Assembly: GCA_963664405.1 (NCBI GenBank)
Contig: OY761158.1
Span: 4,064,001 to 4,128,000 of the forward strand
Length of the DNA stretch: 64,000 bases
Origin: Thermoanaerobaculia bacterium
GTDB lineage: Bacteria > Acidobacteriota > Thermoanaerobaculia > Multivoradales > Multivoraceae
Reading direction: 5' to 3'
The position numbers and the translations under genes are program-made. The notes under the pieces were generated by a model. The model did not search any database. It saw only the letters and a list, made by a program, of their open reading frames with translations, and was not told where the DNA came from. This document shows positions 39,251 to 48,954 of this stretch, in pieces (the stretch's first letter is position 1; every line of letters starts with the position of its first letter).

Positions 39251-40090
39251 ATGTACAACCGAAGAAGAGCCATGCACCCGAACGCGCCTGGGCGTCCTGA
39301 GCTCCGGCCGAACAAACTCCTAGCCATGCTGCTCCTTTCCTCGATTCTCTTACCGGCCACCGTGGCCGGTCAGCTCATGGGTGGCTTTAGCCCCAGCGAG
39401 GACTACGTCGTCGAAGTCGACGGGGCGGTTTCGACGAAGGCGAAGGTGTACTGGTCCCAGTCTGCCCGCTCTTTCCTACTGGTGACGAACGATCTTTCGA
39501 GTCCAGTCCTGGTGCAGCCGGCAAATCGGCTGGTCAGGGGCGTTCCGCTCATGAAGCTCGCGGCCAAGTCGGATGGCTCGATCGATATCCTGGCGGGTGC
39601 TGCGCTCACTCCGAAGGCGACTCTCGCGGTCGATGCGGCGGGTGCGAGCTTCGAAGCTGACGGTCACAAGATACGGATCGCTCAGAAGCCGCCCCTTCTT
39701 GGCTGGCAGGATGCCGACAGCATTGTCGCGTACAGCTCGATGTACGCCACACGCGCCGCGGCCTACGCGCCTCAGCCGCGGGTGGTCGAAGACCTTCTCA
39801 AGCAAACCGAGGAAGTCAAGCTCACGGTGTTTTTCGGCTCCTGGTGCGCGTTCTGTCAACAGAAGGTGCCGATGGCGATGAAGCTGGCCAGCGAGCTGGA
39901 AGGATCGAAGGTCAAGGTCAATTTTTACGGCCTCGATCGCAGCTTCGGTAGCGATGTCGAAGCGAAGAAGCACAACATCAAGTCGGTGCCGACCGGCATC
40001 GTGACTGTTGATGGCAAGGAAGTGGGTCGGATCAATGCCGATGGGTGGAAGAGCGTTGAGGCGACGCTCAACCGGCTGCTGAACCCCTGA
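39251..40090 (+). CDS. Exported thioredoxin-domain protein
   Basis: Signal peptide, then VFFGSWCAFC and SVPT..DGKEVGRI thioredoxin fold at the C-terminus. Confidence 0.82.
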   Translation: MYNRRRAMHPNAPGRPELRPNKLLAMLLLSSILLPATVAGQLMGGFSPSEDYVVEVDGAVSTKAKVYWSQSARSFLLVTNDLSSPVLVQPANRLVRGVPLMKLAAKSDGSIDILAGAALTPKATLAVDAAGASFEADGHKIRIAQKPPLLGWQDADSIVAYSSMYATRAAAYAPQPRVVEDLLKQTEEVKLTVFFGSWCAFCQQKVPMAMKLASELEGSKVKVNFYGLDRSFGSDVEAKKHNIKSVPTGIVTVDGKEVGRINADGWKSVEATLNRLLNP

Positions 40091-41342
40091 GTCTCGCGGA
40101 CAGGGTCCGAACCAGGTCGACCCCGCCGTTGGCCCAGCTCGCCGGAGGAGACTGTAACTTTCCCGGCAGGCAGAAGTGCGAGGCTCCCAGCCGCTCGAGG
40201 CGCGGTCTGAGCTTTTGTGCAGCAGCCCCTAGAAGCACAGCGCCTTGTAGCGATCCGCGCAGCAGCTTCAGCCGCTCAGGGACGATCTCCAGGGTATCGA
40301 CTGGATGAATTCGGATCGTACGCAGACCGGGCGAGGCTAGAAACTGCGGTCTTGGATCGACGATCACGGTGCCTTGGGCAAGAGGTAGCTCGATGAGATC
40401 GAGGCCTTGGAAGTGTGCCTCTTCCCGCGCCAATCGCGCACGAACGAGATCGCTGGATGAGACCGTGCCCGGTGGCAAGTCCACCGCTGCATCGGCGAGT
40501 GCCTGACCCATGGCTTCTGCGAGCGCGCCGATGTTGGTCTGGGCGAAGATCACTTGCAGAGAGAGACAGCCTCTCTGGTCGAAGAGGGCGGTGTCGCGTG
40601 CCAGAGCGCGGGCGGTTCGAGGTAAGTCGTCCGGGTCGGCGTCGCTCAACACGGCGAGGCTTGCGCCTGGGCCGAAGGGGAGGAGCTTTGGGGCCGAGCG
40701 ATCTTGGAGAGCAGAGAGGGTGTCGGCACCGCCGTAAGCCAGGACGTGGTCGACCGCCTCGCAGAGGGGATCTTCGAGGTCTCGCCGGCCCCCTGGCCAG
40801 GTCAGGGCGGCGCTGGCCGCGGCGACTGAAGGCTCGCGGCGCTCCAGGGCGTCGAGAAAGGCGGGAGTGAAGAAGGGTTCGGCCGTCGCCAGCTTGAAGA
40901 TCACGGGCTGACGGAGAGCCAAGCAGGCGAGCAGGGATTGCAGAGCCAGGCCAGGGATATTGGCGGCGAGGATGACGAAGCAGGCGAGCGGCTCTCTACA
41001 CTTCGCTGCGCGGTCGATCACGATCTTGCTCTCCCGTGCTGAGAAGCCCTCGAGCAGCGCGCCGAGACTTTCATTCAAGCACCTCTGAGAGAGGCCGCTA
41101 GCGGGCCCGAGGCGATCGTCGAGCCGGCGACGCTCGGGCGAACGTGGGTCCGCGAAAGCGGAGATCGTGTCGTTCCAGGCGCCGAGGAGCTGTTCGGTGC
41201 CGACGCTTCGCAGAGAGCTGGCGCCGTTGCCTGCGAGCTGGCTCTGGATCTGAAGCAGTGCGGCGGGATCCAGAGGGCACGGGTACATCAACGAGCTGCC
41301 GCGCACAGCCCGTGGTAGCCAACTCGCCCGCGCTTCGCTCAC
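40068..41342 (-). CDS. Acyl-CoA reductase, LuxC-like
   Basis: ILAANIPG, VLAYGGADT, LPFGPGAS, catalytic-Cys motif LFDQRGCLSLQ, PGKLQSPP..W..GG. Confidence 0.85.
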   Translation of the reverse strand: MSEARASWLPRAVRGSSLMYPCPLDPAALLQIQSQLAGNGASSLRSVGTEQLLGAWNDTISAFADPRSPERRRLDDRLGPASGLSQRCLNESLGALLEGFSARESKIVIDRAAKCREPLACFVILAANIPGLALQSLLACLALRQPVIFKLATAEPFFTPAFLDALERREPSVAAASAALTWPGGRRDLEDPLCEAVDHVLAYGGADTLSALQDRSAPKLLPFGPGASLAVLSDADPDDLPRTARALARDTALFDQRGCLSLQVIFAQTNIGALAEAMGQALADAAVDLPPGTVSSSDLVRARLAREEAHFQGLDLIELPLAQGTVIVDPRPQFLASPGLRTIRIHPVDTLEIVPERLKLLRGSLQGAVLLGAAAQKLRPRLERLGASHFCLPGKLQSPPASWANGGVDLVRTLSARLRGSAAG

Positions 41343-42403
41343 GGGGCCTGCCGGAGCGGGCCCTGCGCTAGATCTTCAGCGGTGAGCGAGCAGCCTCTGA
41401 GCTCAGCCCCGGTGGCGCGGCCGGTAAGGCGGAAGCCACCTTGCTCTTTGCGCGCGATGTCCTCAGTGAGGAGGTGGAGTGCCGAGCCGATGTTGGCGAG
41501 ATCGAATAGCGCCAGCAGTCCATCGCCGCCTTCGCTCACCTCGTCCAAGGTTGCGGGGTCGAGGATGCGGGCTTTCATCCAAGGTGGGCATACGAATAGC
41601 CCTTCCGCCCCGCCGAGCAGGGTTCTGGTGTATGCCTGGCTGGTGAGCTCGGTCATGCCGTACTCTTCGACCACGTTGGCAACGCTCAGGCCGAGGCGCT
41701 GCTCTACCCGGTCATGGAGATGTGCGCGGTCGAGTTCCTGCGTTCGGGTCTTGAATCCACCGGTCTCGAAAATGGCACTTCCGGGCGGCAGCCTGAACGA
41801 TAGGCCGAGGCGATCGAGAACCTCGAGACATTGGTGCAGGCTGAGGGCGGTGGCGAGGATGAAGCAGGGAGTGCCGGCTCGTTGCCGTGCCCCGAGCCAC
41901 GACCTCAGAGTGGCGGGCTCGATACCGCGAGGACCCACTGCGTTCACACTCGCCTCGGCGCCGAAGGTCTCGAGCACGTGGTCGACCATGAACGAGAGGC
42001 TGGACTCGGGTGCCAGCTCTGCTTTCGGGATCAGGGAGAGCATCGGAGGTCGATCGCCTCGGGGCAGGCAGAAGGCGGGGAAGGAAGAGTCGATGACGGT
42101 TCTGTAGAGCTCGAGGAACGGGTGATGATGCGCGCTCCTTCGATCGCCTTGGGTCGTTCCACTGCTGTCGAAGACAGCTTGTGGAGGGGCTGCAAAGAGG
42201 TCCACCGACTTGAAGATCGAAGCGGGGACCGCCGGGATCTCGGTCCAGGACGCGACGCTGGCAGGTACCGAGCCGCGACGCTCACAGAAACGACGAATCG
42301 GCTCGACGCGGGAGAACTGAAAAGCAAAGGCCTCGAGCGCGACTTCCTCGAAGTGCTCCTCTCGGGGCGACCTGATGAATCGCTCTACGCCTTCGGGGAG
42401 CAT
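41339..42403 (-). CDS. Acyl-protein synthetase, LuxE-like
   Basis: FDSSGTT, ETGGFK, EEYGMTELTSQAY, DLANIGS, GR..GAELRGCS. Confidence 0.88.
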   Translation of the reverse strand: MLPEGVERFIRSPREEHFEEVALEAFAFQFSRVEPIRRFCERRGSVPASVASWTEIPAVPASIFKSVDLFAAPPQAVFDSSGTTQGDRRSAHHHPFLELYRTVIDSSFPAFCLPRGDRPPMLSLIPKAELAPESSLSFMVDHVLETFGAEASVNAVGPRGIEPATLRSWLGARQRAGTPCFILATALSLHQCLEVLDRLGLSFRLPPGSAIFETGGFKTRTQELDRAHLHDRVEQRLGLSVANVVEEYGMTELTSQAYTRTLLGGAEGLFVCPPWMKARILDPATLDEVSEGGDGLLALFDLANIGSALHLLTEDIARKEQGGFRLTGRATGAELRGCSLTAEDLAQGPLRQAP

Positions 42404-42478
42404 GCTTCGATTCTGTCATGAGGTGGGCCGACGAGGCTGATGATCTGGTAGAGTGTCGGCCTACCAAGCGAGGTTCTG

Positions 42479-42853
42479 ATGCCTGCGGAAATCCCCTACG
42501 AACTGAAGGTCGAGGTCGACAAAGCACCGCGCCCGAAGGATCCGAAGCAGCTGGCGGTGATCGATCAGATCGGTTGTACCGGCTGTGAGGCTTGCATCGC
42601 GTTCTGTCCCGTCGATTGCATCGAGATCGTCCCTGGTCCTGAGCACCCTGACTTCATGAAGCTGGTCGAAATAGACCTTGCGAGGTGCATCGGCTGCCAG
42701 CTTTGTGCCCGCTACTGTCCCTGGGAAACGATCGACATGTGGGGCTACGAAGAAGGCCTTGCTCTGGCCCCTGGAAAGACCGTGCGATCCCTCCTTTACG
42801 ACTACGATCCACTGGAGATGCACGAGGCCGCCGAGGCCCGCGCACAAGGGTGA
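42479..42853 (+). CDS. 2[4Fe-4S] dicluster ferredoxin
   Basis: CTGCEACIAFCP and CIGCQLCARYCP. Confidence 0.92.
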   Translation: MPAEIPYELKVEVDKAPRPKDPKQLAVIDQIGCTGCEACIAFCPVDCIEIVPGPEHPDFMKLVEIDLARCIGCQLCARYCPWETIDMWGYEEGLALAPGKTVRSLLYDYDPLEMHEAAEARAQG

Positions 42854-43038
42854 GCGCGGCGGGTCCCGGTTCCGACCCCCAACTCGAGAATGCTCTGAAG
42901 GGGGTGCTCGAGGTCATCTACAAGGACCATCCGCTGAAGGCGAATCAGATTCTCGTTCTCTCGGCGGAGCTGCAGCGGATCGGGGTACATCGGCTCGTCG
43001 AAGAGCACCTCGAGAAGTTCAAGCGACGGATGGAGTAG
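42850..43038 (+). CDS. Small hypothetical protein (62 aa)
   Basis: GTGA overlap with the ferredoxin stop; helical LENALKGVLEVIYKDHPLKANQILVLSAELQRIG. Confidence 0.65.
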   Translation: MSAAGPGSDPQLENALKGVLEVIYKDHPLKANQILVLSAELQRIGVHRLVEEHLEKFKRRME

Positions 43039-43250
43039 CCCGTCAGGCGGCTCTCTTAGGGAGCGTCTCGAACAGTTGGTTCGCGAGCTGACCGAGGCGC
43101 AACTGGAGATGGAGAAGGCCCTGGTCGAAACCACTCTGCGTTCACGAGAGCTGCTCGGTCCGGTACAGGAGCGTCGCTATTTGCGTTTCCTGGATTCGTG
43201 GGTGAATGCCCAGAGACCACCCCGCCCAGAGGGCCCCAGACACGGCACTA
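43034..43250 (+). pseudogene. Possible C-terminal remnant of a Spy/CpxP-like (periplasmic heavy-metal sensor) gene
   Basis: LEQLVRELTEAQLEMEKALVETTLRSRELLGPVQERRY resembles the family C-terminus (LTxxQ-like). No signal peptide or good start; the frame runs into the convergent helicase. Confidence 0.35.
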
Positions 43251-45677
43251 GCCCTTTTCTTCGGAGCTCGAGCTCTCACTCGCGAAGAAAGACCGGGCGA
43301 TGGCCGCGGGATCGCCGACCAGTCCCTGAGGCCCCTCCTCGGGGATCCATTCGGCTGGGAGATGGCGCAGATAGGGTTGCTGAAGAAAGCGCTGATCCAT
43401 GAGCGCTATGACTCCGCGATCCAGGTCTGAACGAATGAGCCTGCCTGCCGCCTGGACCACACGCGTTACTCCGGGTACGACGTATGCGTATTCGAAGCCG
43501 CGCCCGAAGCGCTCCTCATAGTGGCGTTGGAGGAGCCGCTGCTCGAGACTGACGGCGGGAAGACAGGGGCTGATGATGACGACCGCTTTCAGCATCTCGC
43601 CAGGGTAGTCGACTCCCTCGGCAAAGACCCCTCCTGCGACCGAAAGGAGGAGAACTCTGCCGAAGAGCGAGCTCTTGAGCTGGTCGAGTATGGCCTCCCT
43701 CTGCTCGGCAGAGTCGCTTCGCTTTTGCACGATGACGTCGTGACCCACGCCCGGAAGAATCTGGGCGACCCGCTCGAGAAAACCGTAGCTCGGAAACAGC
43801 GCCAGACAGTTTCCTGGCACCTCGCGTACGAAATCGGCCAGGCGCTCGGCGATGCGCGGATAGTTCTGCTCGCGTTGGCGCCAAGTCGTCGCGACACTCG
43901 TGTCGATGACGATCCGGCGGTTCTCCCTGGGGAAGGGTCCAGGCACCGAGAGGGTCGAGGCGCGCTCCGGATCGAAGCCGAGGAGCTCGCGGTAGAACTC
44001 CTCCGGCGAGAGTGTTGCCGACAGCGCGATGGTGGCGTGAGCTCGGTTGATGACGGCTCCGAGAAAACGGCTGGCGTCGGAACAGACTATTTTCAGGCTT
44101 GCATCCCCCGCGCTGCGCTTCACCAGCACCGTGAAGGAGGAGTCGGCGGCGGCCGCGGCGTTGAGAAAGCGAACGAAGGCGAAGTAGAGAGAGACGAAGG
44201 GCTCCTCCGTGCTAAAGCTTCGCGTCTCTCGGCGATGCTCGAGGTAGGCAACAAAGGCTTGGTCGAGAGCCGGCCGCAGAGCCCACAGGTCGTCCTCCGG
44301 CAGCTGGATCTCGGCTCCCTCGTCGCGCTCTCCGGCAGGTAGCCACTCCGCCTCCTCGTCGCTGATGAGCTTCGCCAACTGGCCGGCCAGGTCGCGTATC
44401 TGCGCCGCCAGGTCGCCAACCTGGAGCCTCCACTCCTCCAGCACGTCGAGGACCAGCTGTCGGCTGAGCTCGGGGCTGTAGTAGCCGCGACCCCGATCTA
44501 CCAGATTGTGGGCTTCGTCGATGACCAGGATGATGTCGCTGAGGTCGTTTGCAGCCCTAAACTCGTTGAGCGCGACGTAGGGGTCGAAGACATAGTTGTA
44601 GTCGCAGACGATCGCTTGTACTTCACGGACGAGCTCTAAACTGACTTCGAAGGGGCAGATCTCACAGCCTGAAGCGGCATCGAAAACCACGTCGGGCCGG
44701 AGATCCGGGTGCTCGGCGACCAGGCGCTGGACGACGCCGCTCGAGTGCAGCTTGAGAAAGTAGTCGCGGGCGTAGCCGCAGTACTCCTCGTGGCACAAGA
44801 GCTCGTGGTTCGCGCACATTCGAGCCTTCGCTCGCAATTGAAGGGAGCTGAAGGCCGCCTCTGGGTTCAACAGCTCGAGCACTTTGCCAGCCATCTCTTG
44901 CTGTAGGTTCTTGGCGGTGAGCAGGAAGACCCTCTTGTCGTGGAGCTGAGCGAATCGCAGCACCGGATAGAGCACGGCCGCGGTCTTGCCGAGACCGGTG
45001 GGGGCCTCGACGAAGAGATGCTCGGCATCGTGGAGCGCCTGGTCGACGCGCGCGATGATGTCCTCTTGGCCGAGCCTCTTTTCGGCGTACGGAAAGTCCA
45101 TTCGGGCGGCGGCGGTGTGACGTTCTTGGCGTGAGCGTCTTCGCTTCTCGCGGTCGGCGATAAGACGGCCGAGGCGTCGATGGACCGCGACCTCGACGTT
45201 GCGCGACTTCGCCTCGAGACGGAAGCGCTCGATCTGGTTGCTGCCGATCTCGATCAGCACCAGCTCGGCGAGGACGGGCTCGTTCTCGGTTTGTTCGAGC
45301 ATCCAGACGTAGATCGCAGCCTGTCTCTCGTAGGCCTCCCGAAGCGCTGGCGCGAGAACCCCTGAGCGTCGAACCGACTTGATCTCTTCGACGATGAGGC
45401 CGCCGGCCTCATCGCGGCGCAGACCGTCGGCGCGTCCGTTGAGACGCACCTCCCACCCCTTGAAGGTGAGCTCGAGATCGAGCCAAACCTCGCTACGGTA
45501 GGTATCGTCTTCAGCAAGCGCACGGTTCTGATAGGCAGAGTGGATGGCCTGGCCGAGCCACATGCGCTCGAAACCGCCGCGGTTCGAGAAGCCGAGGCTC
45601 CCTCGCTGCTCTCGCTCGAGAAGGTCGGCGACGGAAAGGCGGAGGCTCCTCGCGTCGTCGTCAAAGCGGACGCTCAC
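43248..45677 (-). CDS. DinG/XPD (Rad3)-family Fe-S helicase with N-terminal PD-(D/E)XK nuclease
   Basis: GRADGL..VEEIKS..QAAIY nuclease motifs; EAPTGLGKT, four Cys (C-x6-C-x4-C..CPFE), IDEAHNL, FAEGVDYPG, QAAGRLIRS. GTG 45677 preferred. Confidence 0.92.
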   Translation of the reverse strand: MSVRFDDDARSLRLSVADLLEREQRGSLGFSNRGGFERMWLGQAIHSAYQNRALAEDDTYRSEVWLDLELTFKGWEVRLNGRADGLRRDEAGGLIVEEIKSVRRSGVLAPALREAYERQAAIYVWMLEQTENEPVLAELVLIEIGSNQIERFRLEAKSRNVEVAVHRRLGRLIADREKRRRSRQERHTAAARMDFPYAEKRLGQEDIIARVDQALHDAEHLFVEAPTGLGKTAAVLYPVLRFAQLHDKRVFLLTAKNLQQEMAGKVLELLNPEAAFSSLQLRAKARMCANHELLCHEEYCGYARDYFLKLHSSGVVQRLVAEHPDLRPDVVFDAASGCEICPFEVSLELVREVQAIVCDYNYVFDPYVALNEFRAANDLSDIILVIDEAHNLVDRGRGYYSPELSRQLVLDVLEEWRLQVGDLAAQIRDLAGQLAKLISDEEAEWLPAGERDEGAEIQLPEDDLWALRPALDQAFVAYLEHRRETRSFSTEEPFVSLYFAFVRFLNAAAAADSSFTVLVKRSAGDASLKIVCSDASRFLGAVINRAHATIALSATLSPEEFYRELLGFDPERASTLSVPGPFPRENRRIVIDTSVATTWRQREQNYPRIAERLADFVREVPGNCLALFPSYGFLERVAQILPGVGHDVIVQKRSDSAEQREAILDQLKSSLFGRVLLLSVAGGVFAEGVDYPGEMLKAVVIISPCLPAVSLEQRLLQRHYEERFGRGFEYAYVVPGVTRVVQAAGRLIRSDLDRGVIALMDQRFLQQPYLRHLPAEWIPEEGPQGLVGDPAAIARSFFASESSSSEEKG

Positions 45678-45747
45678 CGGCGCAGTATAGGGGCTGCTGT
45701 ATAGGGGCTGCTTGCCTTTCTCGGAGGGGTTGGCTAGCCTGGTGGCA

Positions 45748-46773
45748 ATGCCATTCGAAACAAGAGGGCCAGCGGGAGGTCCTAAAATCGAGCTTCCCGA
45801 TTTCTCCCGCCTCACCAAGAACCTGGGCTCGCTGCGATGGATCGTGGTCGTGGTGGTTATCGTCCTGGTGTTGATGACCAGTTTCTACACCGTCGAGCCT
45901 GAGGAGGTCGCCGTCGTTTTGCGCCTCGGCAAATTGGTCCGTGAGGAGTCCCCTGGCTTGCACTTCAAGCTTCCTTTCAATATCGAGCGCCAGATCAAGG
46001 TGCCGATCCAGCGCCAACTCAAGGCGGAGTTCGGATTTCGCACCGTGCGTGCGGCGGTCGACAGTGAGTTCACCACGCGGGGTCTGGGCGTCGAGTCGAG
46101 CATGCTCACCGGCGACCTCAATGCTGCCGTGGTCGAGTGGGTGGTCCAGTACCGCATCGCCGAGGCAGAGAAGTACTTGTTCCGAGTTCGCGAGGTCGAA
46201 GATACCTTCCGCGACATGAGCGAGGCGTCGATGCGAGCTGTCGTGGGCGACCGCACGGTCAACGAGGTCATCACCGTCGGCCGTCAGGAGATCGAAGATC
46301 AGGTCAAAATCGTGCTGCAAGACCTCTGTGACGAGTACCAGACTGGAATCCGGGTCGACCGCGTCGTGCTCCAGAGTGTCAACCCTCCCGATCCGGTCAA
46401 GGCCTCTTTCAACGAGGTCAATCAGGCCGAGCAGGAGAAGGAGAGGCTTATCAACGAAGCTCAAGCGCAGGCGAATCAGATCATCCCGAGAGCGCGAGGT
46501 GAGGCCCAGCGAACCGTTCAGGAGGCCGAGGGCTACGCTCTCGACAGGGTCAACCGGGCGGAGGGTGATGCAAATCGATTCCGTGCCTTCTTCGAGGAAT
46601 ACCGAAAGGCGCCAGAGGTGACGCGGCAGCGTCTCTATCTCGAGACCCTCGGCGAAGTGCTGCCCAAGGCGGGCCGTAAACTAGTGATCGATGATTCGAT
46701 AGACGGGCTCTTGCCCCTACTCAATCTCGACGGCGCGGGCCTATCGGCGGCCCTGCAGGGAGAAGATCGATGA
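45748..46773 (+). CDS. hflK: FtsH protease modulator HflK
   Basis: Transmembrane helix + SPFH domain, MLTGDLN, LQSVNPPDPV, IIPRARGEA, KAPEVTRQRLYLET. Confidence 0.95.
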   Translation: MPFETRGPAGGPKIELPDFSRLTKNLGSLRWIVVVVVIVLVLMTSFYTVEPEEVAVVLRLGKLVREESPGLHFKLPFNIERQIKVPIQRQLKAEFGFRTVRAAVDSEFTTRGLGVESSMLTGDLNAAVVEWVVQYRIAEAEKYLFRVREVEDTFRDMSEASMRAVVGDRTVNEVITVGRQEIEDQVKIVLQDLCDEYQTGIRVDRVVLQSVNPPDPVKASFNEVNQAEQEKERLINEAQAQANQIIPRARGEAQRTVQEAEGYALDRVNRAEGDANRFRAFFEEYRKAPEVTRQRLYLETLGEVLPKAGRKLVIDDSIDGLLPLLNLDGAGLSAALQGEDR

Positions 46774-47705
46774 AGCGCGGAATTCTCATAGGCATCGTCC
46801 TCGGTGCTCTTCTTCTCAGTCAAGCGTTGTACGTCGTCAACGAATGGGAGCAGGTGATCCTCACCCAGTTTGGTCGTCCGATTGGCGATCCGGTGGACAC
46901 GCCTGGCCTCAAGTTTCGGATCCCGTTCATTCAGGATGTGCATCGCTTCGACCGGCGCTTTCTAGAGTGGTCGGGCGAGCCTGAAGAGCTTCCTACCAGC
47001 GACAAGGTGTTCATCTGGGTCGACGTCTATGCACGCTGGCGCATTAGCGATCCTCTCAGGTTTCTCGAAAACCTGCGTGGGGAGGAGGATCGGGCTCAGA
47101 CGGTGCTCGACGACATTCTCGATGGTGAGACTCGCAACGCGGTGGCCAAGCACAGACTTCTCGAAGTGATTCGCTCTACCAACCGAGAGGCCGCGATCGA
47201 CCCCACCCAGACCGATATCCAGGTTTCGCTCGAAGCGATCGAGTTGGGCAGAGGCGCCATCAGTCGCGAGATACTCCTGGAAGCCCAGGGCAAGACTTCC
47301 GAGCTCGGCATCGAGATCCTCGATGTGCAGTTTCGCCGCATCAATTATGGTGAGTCGGTGCGTCCGGACGTATACAACCGGATGATCTCCGAGCGGCGGC
47401 GGATCGCCGATCGCTTCCGCTCCGAGGGGCAGGGGGAGCAGGCCAACATTCTCGGCGAGATGGATCGCGACCTCAAGCTCATCCAGTCCGAGGCCTATCG
47501 CGAGGCGCAGACGATCATCGGCGATGCCGATGCCGAGGCTACCGGGATCTTCGCCGATGCCTACGACCAGTCCGCCGACTCTCGCAGCTTCTACGAGTTC
47601 CTCAAGACGATGGAGACTTTTCGGGCCACGGTGGCGAAAGATACGACGTTGATTCTCTCGACCGAAGGCGACTTCTATCGCTTTCTCAAGGGCAGCACGC
47701 CCTAG
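46770..47705 (+). CDS. hflC: FtsH protease modulator HflC
   Basis: QVILTQFG..PGLKFRIPFIQ, RMISERRRIADRFRSEG; coupled to hflK. Confidence 0.95.
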   Translation: MKRGILIGIVLGALLLSQALYVVNEWEQVILTQFGRPIGDPVDTPGLKFRIPFIQDVHRFDRRFLEWSGEPEELPTSDKVFIWVDVYARWRISDPLRFLENLRGEEDRAQTVLDDILDGETRNAVAKHRLLEVIRSTNREAAIDPTQTDIQVSLEAIELGRGAISREILLEAQGKTSELGIEILDVQFRRINYGESVRPDVYNRMISERRRIADRFRSEGQGEQANILGEMDRDLKLIQSEAYREAQTIIGDADAEATGIFADAYDQSADSRSFYEFLKTMETFRATVAKDTTLILSTEGDFYRFLKGSTP

Positions 47706-47719
47706 AGACACAGGCTCCA

Positions 47720-48943
47720 TTGGATCGTTTCGTCGGGGTTCTCGGCCTTTTCGTACTGCTGGGCATAGCCTGGTGCCTGTCTACCAACCGCAGTCGCGTG
47801 AACTGGCGGTTGGTGGTCTTCGGCACCCTTTTACAGCTGTTCTTCGCCGTCCTCATTCTCAGAACAGCGATGGGACGGAGCGTCTTCGACGCCGCCGGCC
47901 GAATCGTGACTGCCTTTCTGGACTTTACGGACGAGGGCTCAGCTTTCATCTTCGGGGAGGGGTTTCGCGAGCACTTCATGGCCTTCAAGGTGCTCCCGAC
48001 AATTATCTTCTTCTCCAGTTTCATCACCGTCCTCTACTACCTGGGAGTGCTGCAGGTCCTCGTTCGGGGCTTCGCCTGGGTGATGATGAGGCTACTGCGG
48101 ACCTCGGGTGCGGAGTCACTCTCCGCCTCCGCGAACATCTTTGTCGGCCAGACCGAGGCGCCGCTCTTGATCCGTCCTTACGTCGCTCAGATGACCCAGT
48201 CCGAGCTGATGGCGGTCATGACCGGCGGCTTCGCGACGATTGCGGGCGGAGTTCTGGTGGCCTATGTGGAGCTGCTGCGCGAGAGCTTCCCCGACATCGC
48301 CGGCCACTTGTTGGCGGCGAGTGTGATGTCCGCGCCGGCGGCACTGGTGATGGCCAAGCTGATGATACCGGAGACTGAGGAGAGCCTCACCGCCGGGGAA
48401 GTGAGAGTGGAAGTGGAGCGGCCGTGGGCCAATGTGATCGACGCTGCCGCCGACGGAGCCGGCGCGGGACTGAAGCTCGCGCTGAATGTTGCCGCCATGC
48501 TCCTCGCGTTTCTCGGGCTGTTGGCCCTCATCAACGCGATGCTGGGCTGGGCGGGCGGACTTGTGGGCTTTCCACAGCTGACCTTGGACTGGATCCTCGG
48601 CGTCCTCTTCAGTCCGCTGGCGTGGGTGATGGGAGTACCGTGGTCGGAGGCTCGGGACGTCGGCGCCCTTCTCGGCCTCAAGACCGGGGCGAACGAGTTC
48701 GTCGCCTACACTCGAATGGGAGAGATGTTGGCCGAAGGTGGCCTCTCTGAGCGCTCGCAGGTCATTTCCGCGTACGCGCTCTGCGGTTTCGCCAACTTTT
48801 CATCGATTGCGATCCAGATCGGCGGCATCGGTGGCATCGCGCCTGAGCGAAGGTCGGATATTGCCAAATTGGGAATGAGAGCGATGGTTGCTGGGTCACT
48901 GGCGTGCTTCCAGACCGCCACCATCGCCGGCCTCCTGCTCTAA
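47720..48943 (+). CDS. nupC: NupC/CNT-family nucleoside transporter
   Basis: VLPTIIFFSS, ANIFVGQTEAPL, MTGGFATIAG, NEFVAY, LCGFANFSSIAIQIGG. Confidence 0.93.
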   Translation: MDRFVGVLGLFVLLGIAWCLSTNRSRVNWRLVVFGTLLQLFFAVLILRTAMGRSVFDAAGRIVTAFLDFTDEGSAFIFGEGFREHFMAFKVLPTIIFFSSFITVLYYLGVLQVLVRGFAWVMMRLLRTSGAESLSASANIFVGQTEAPLLIRPYVAQMTQSELMAVMTGGFATIAGGVLVAYVELLRESFPDIAGHLLAASVMSAPAALVMAKLMIPETEESLTAGEVRVEVERPWANVIDAAADGAGAGLKLALNVAAMLLAFLGLLALINAMLGWAGGLVGFPQLTLDWILGVLFSPLAWVMGVPWSEARDVGALLGLKTGANEFVAYTRMGEMLAEGGLSERSQVISAYALCGFANFSSIAIQIGGIGGIAPERRSDIAKLGMRAMVAGSLACFQTATIAGLLL

Positions 48944-48954
48944 GGCTCAGAGCG

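Noticed and set aside
40068-42403. Bioluminescence operon
   Set aside because: No luxA, luxB, luxD or luxG in the window.
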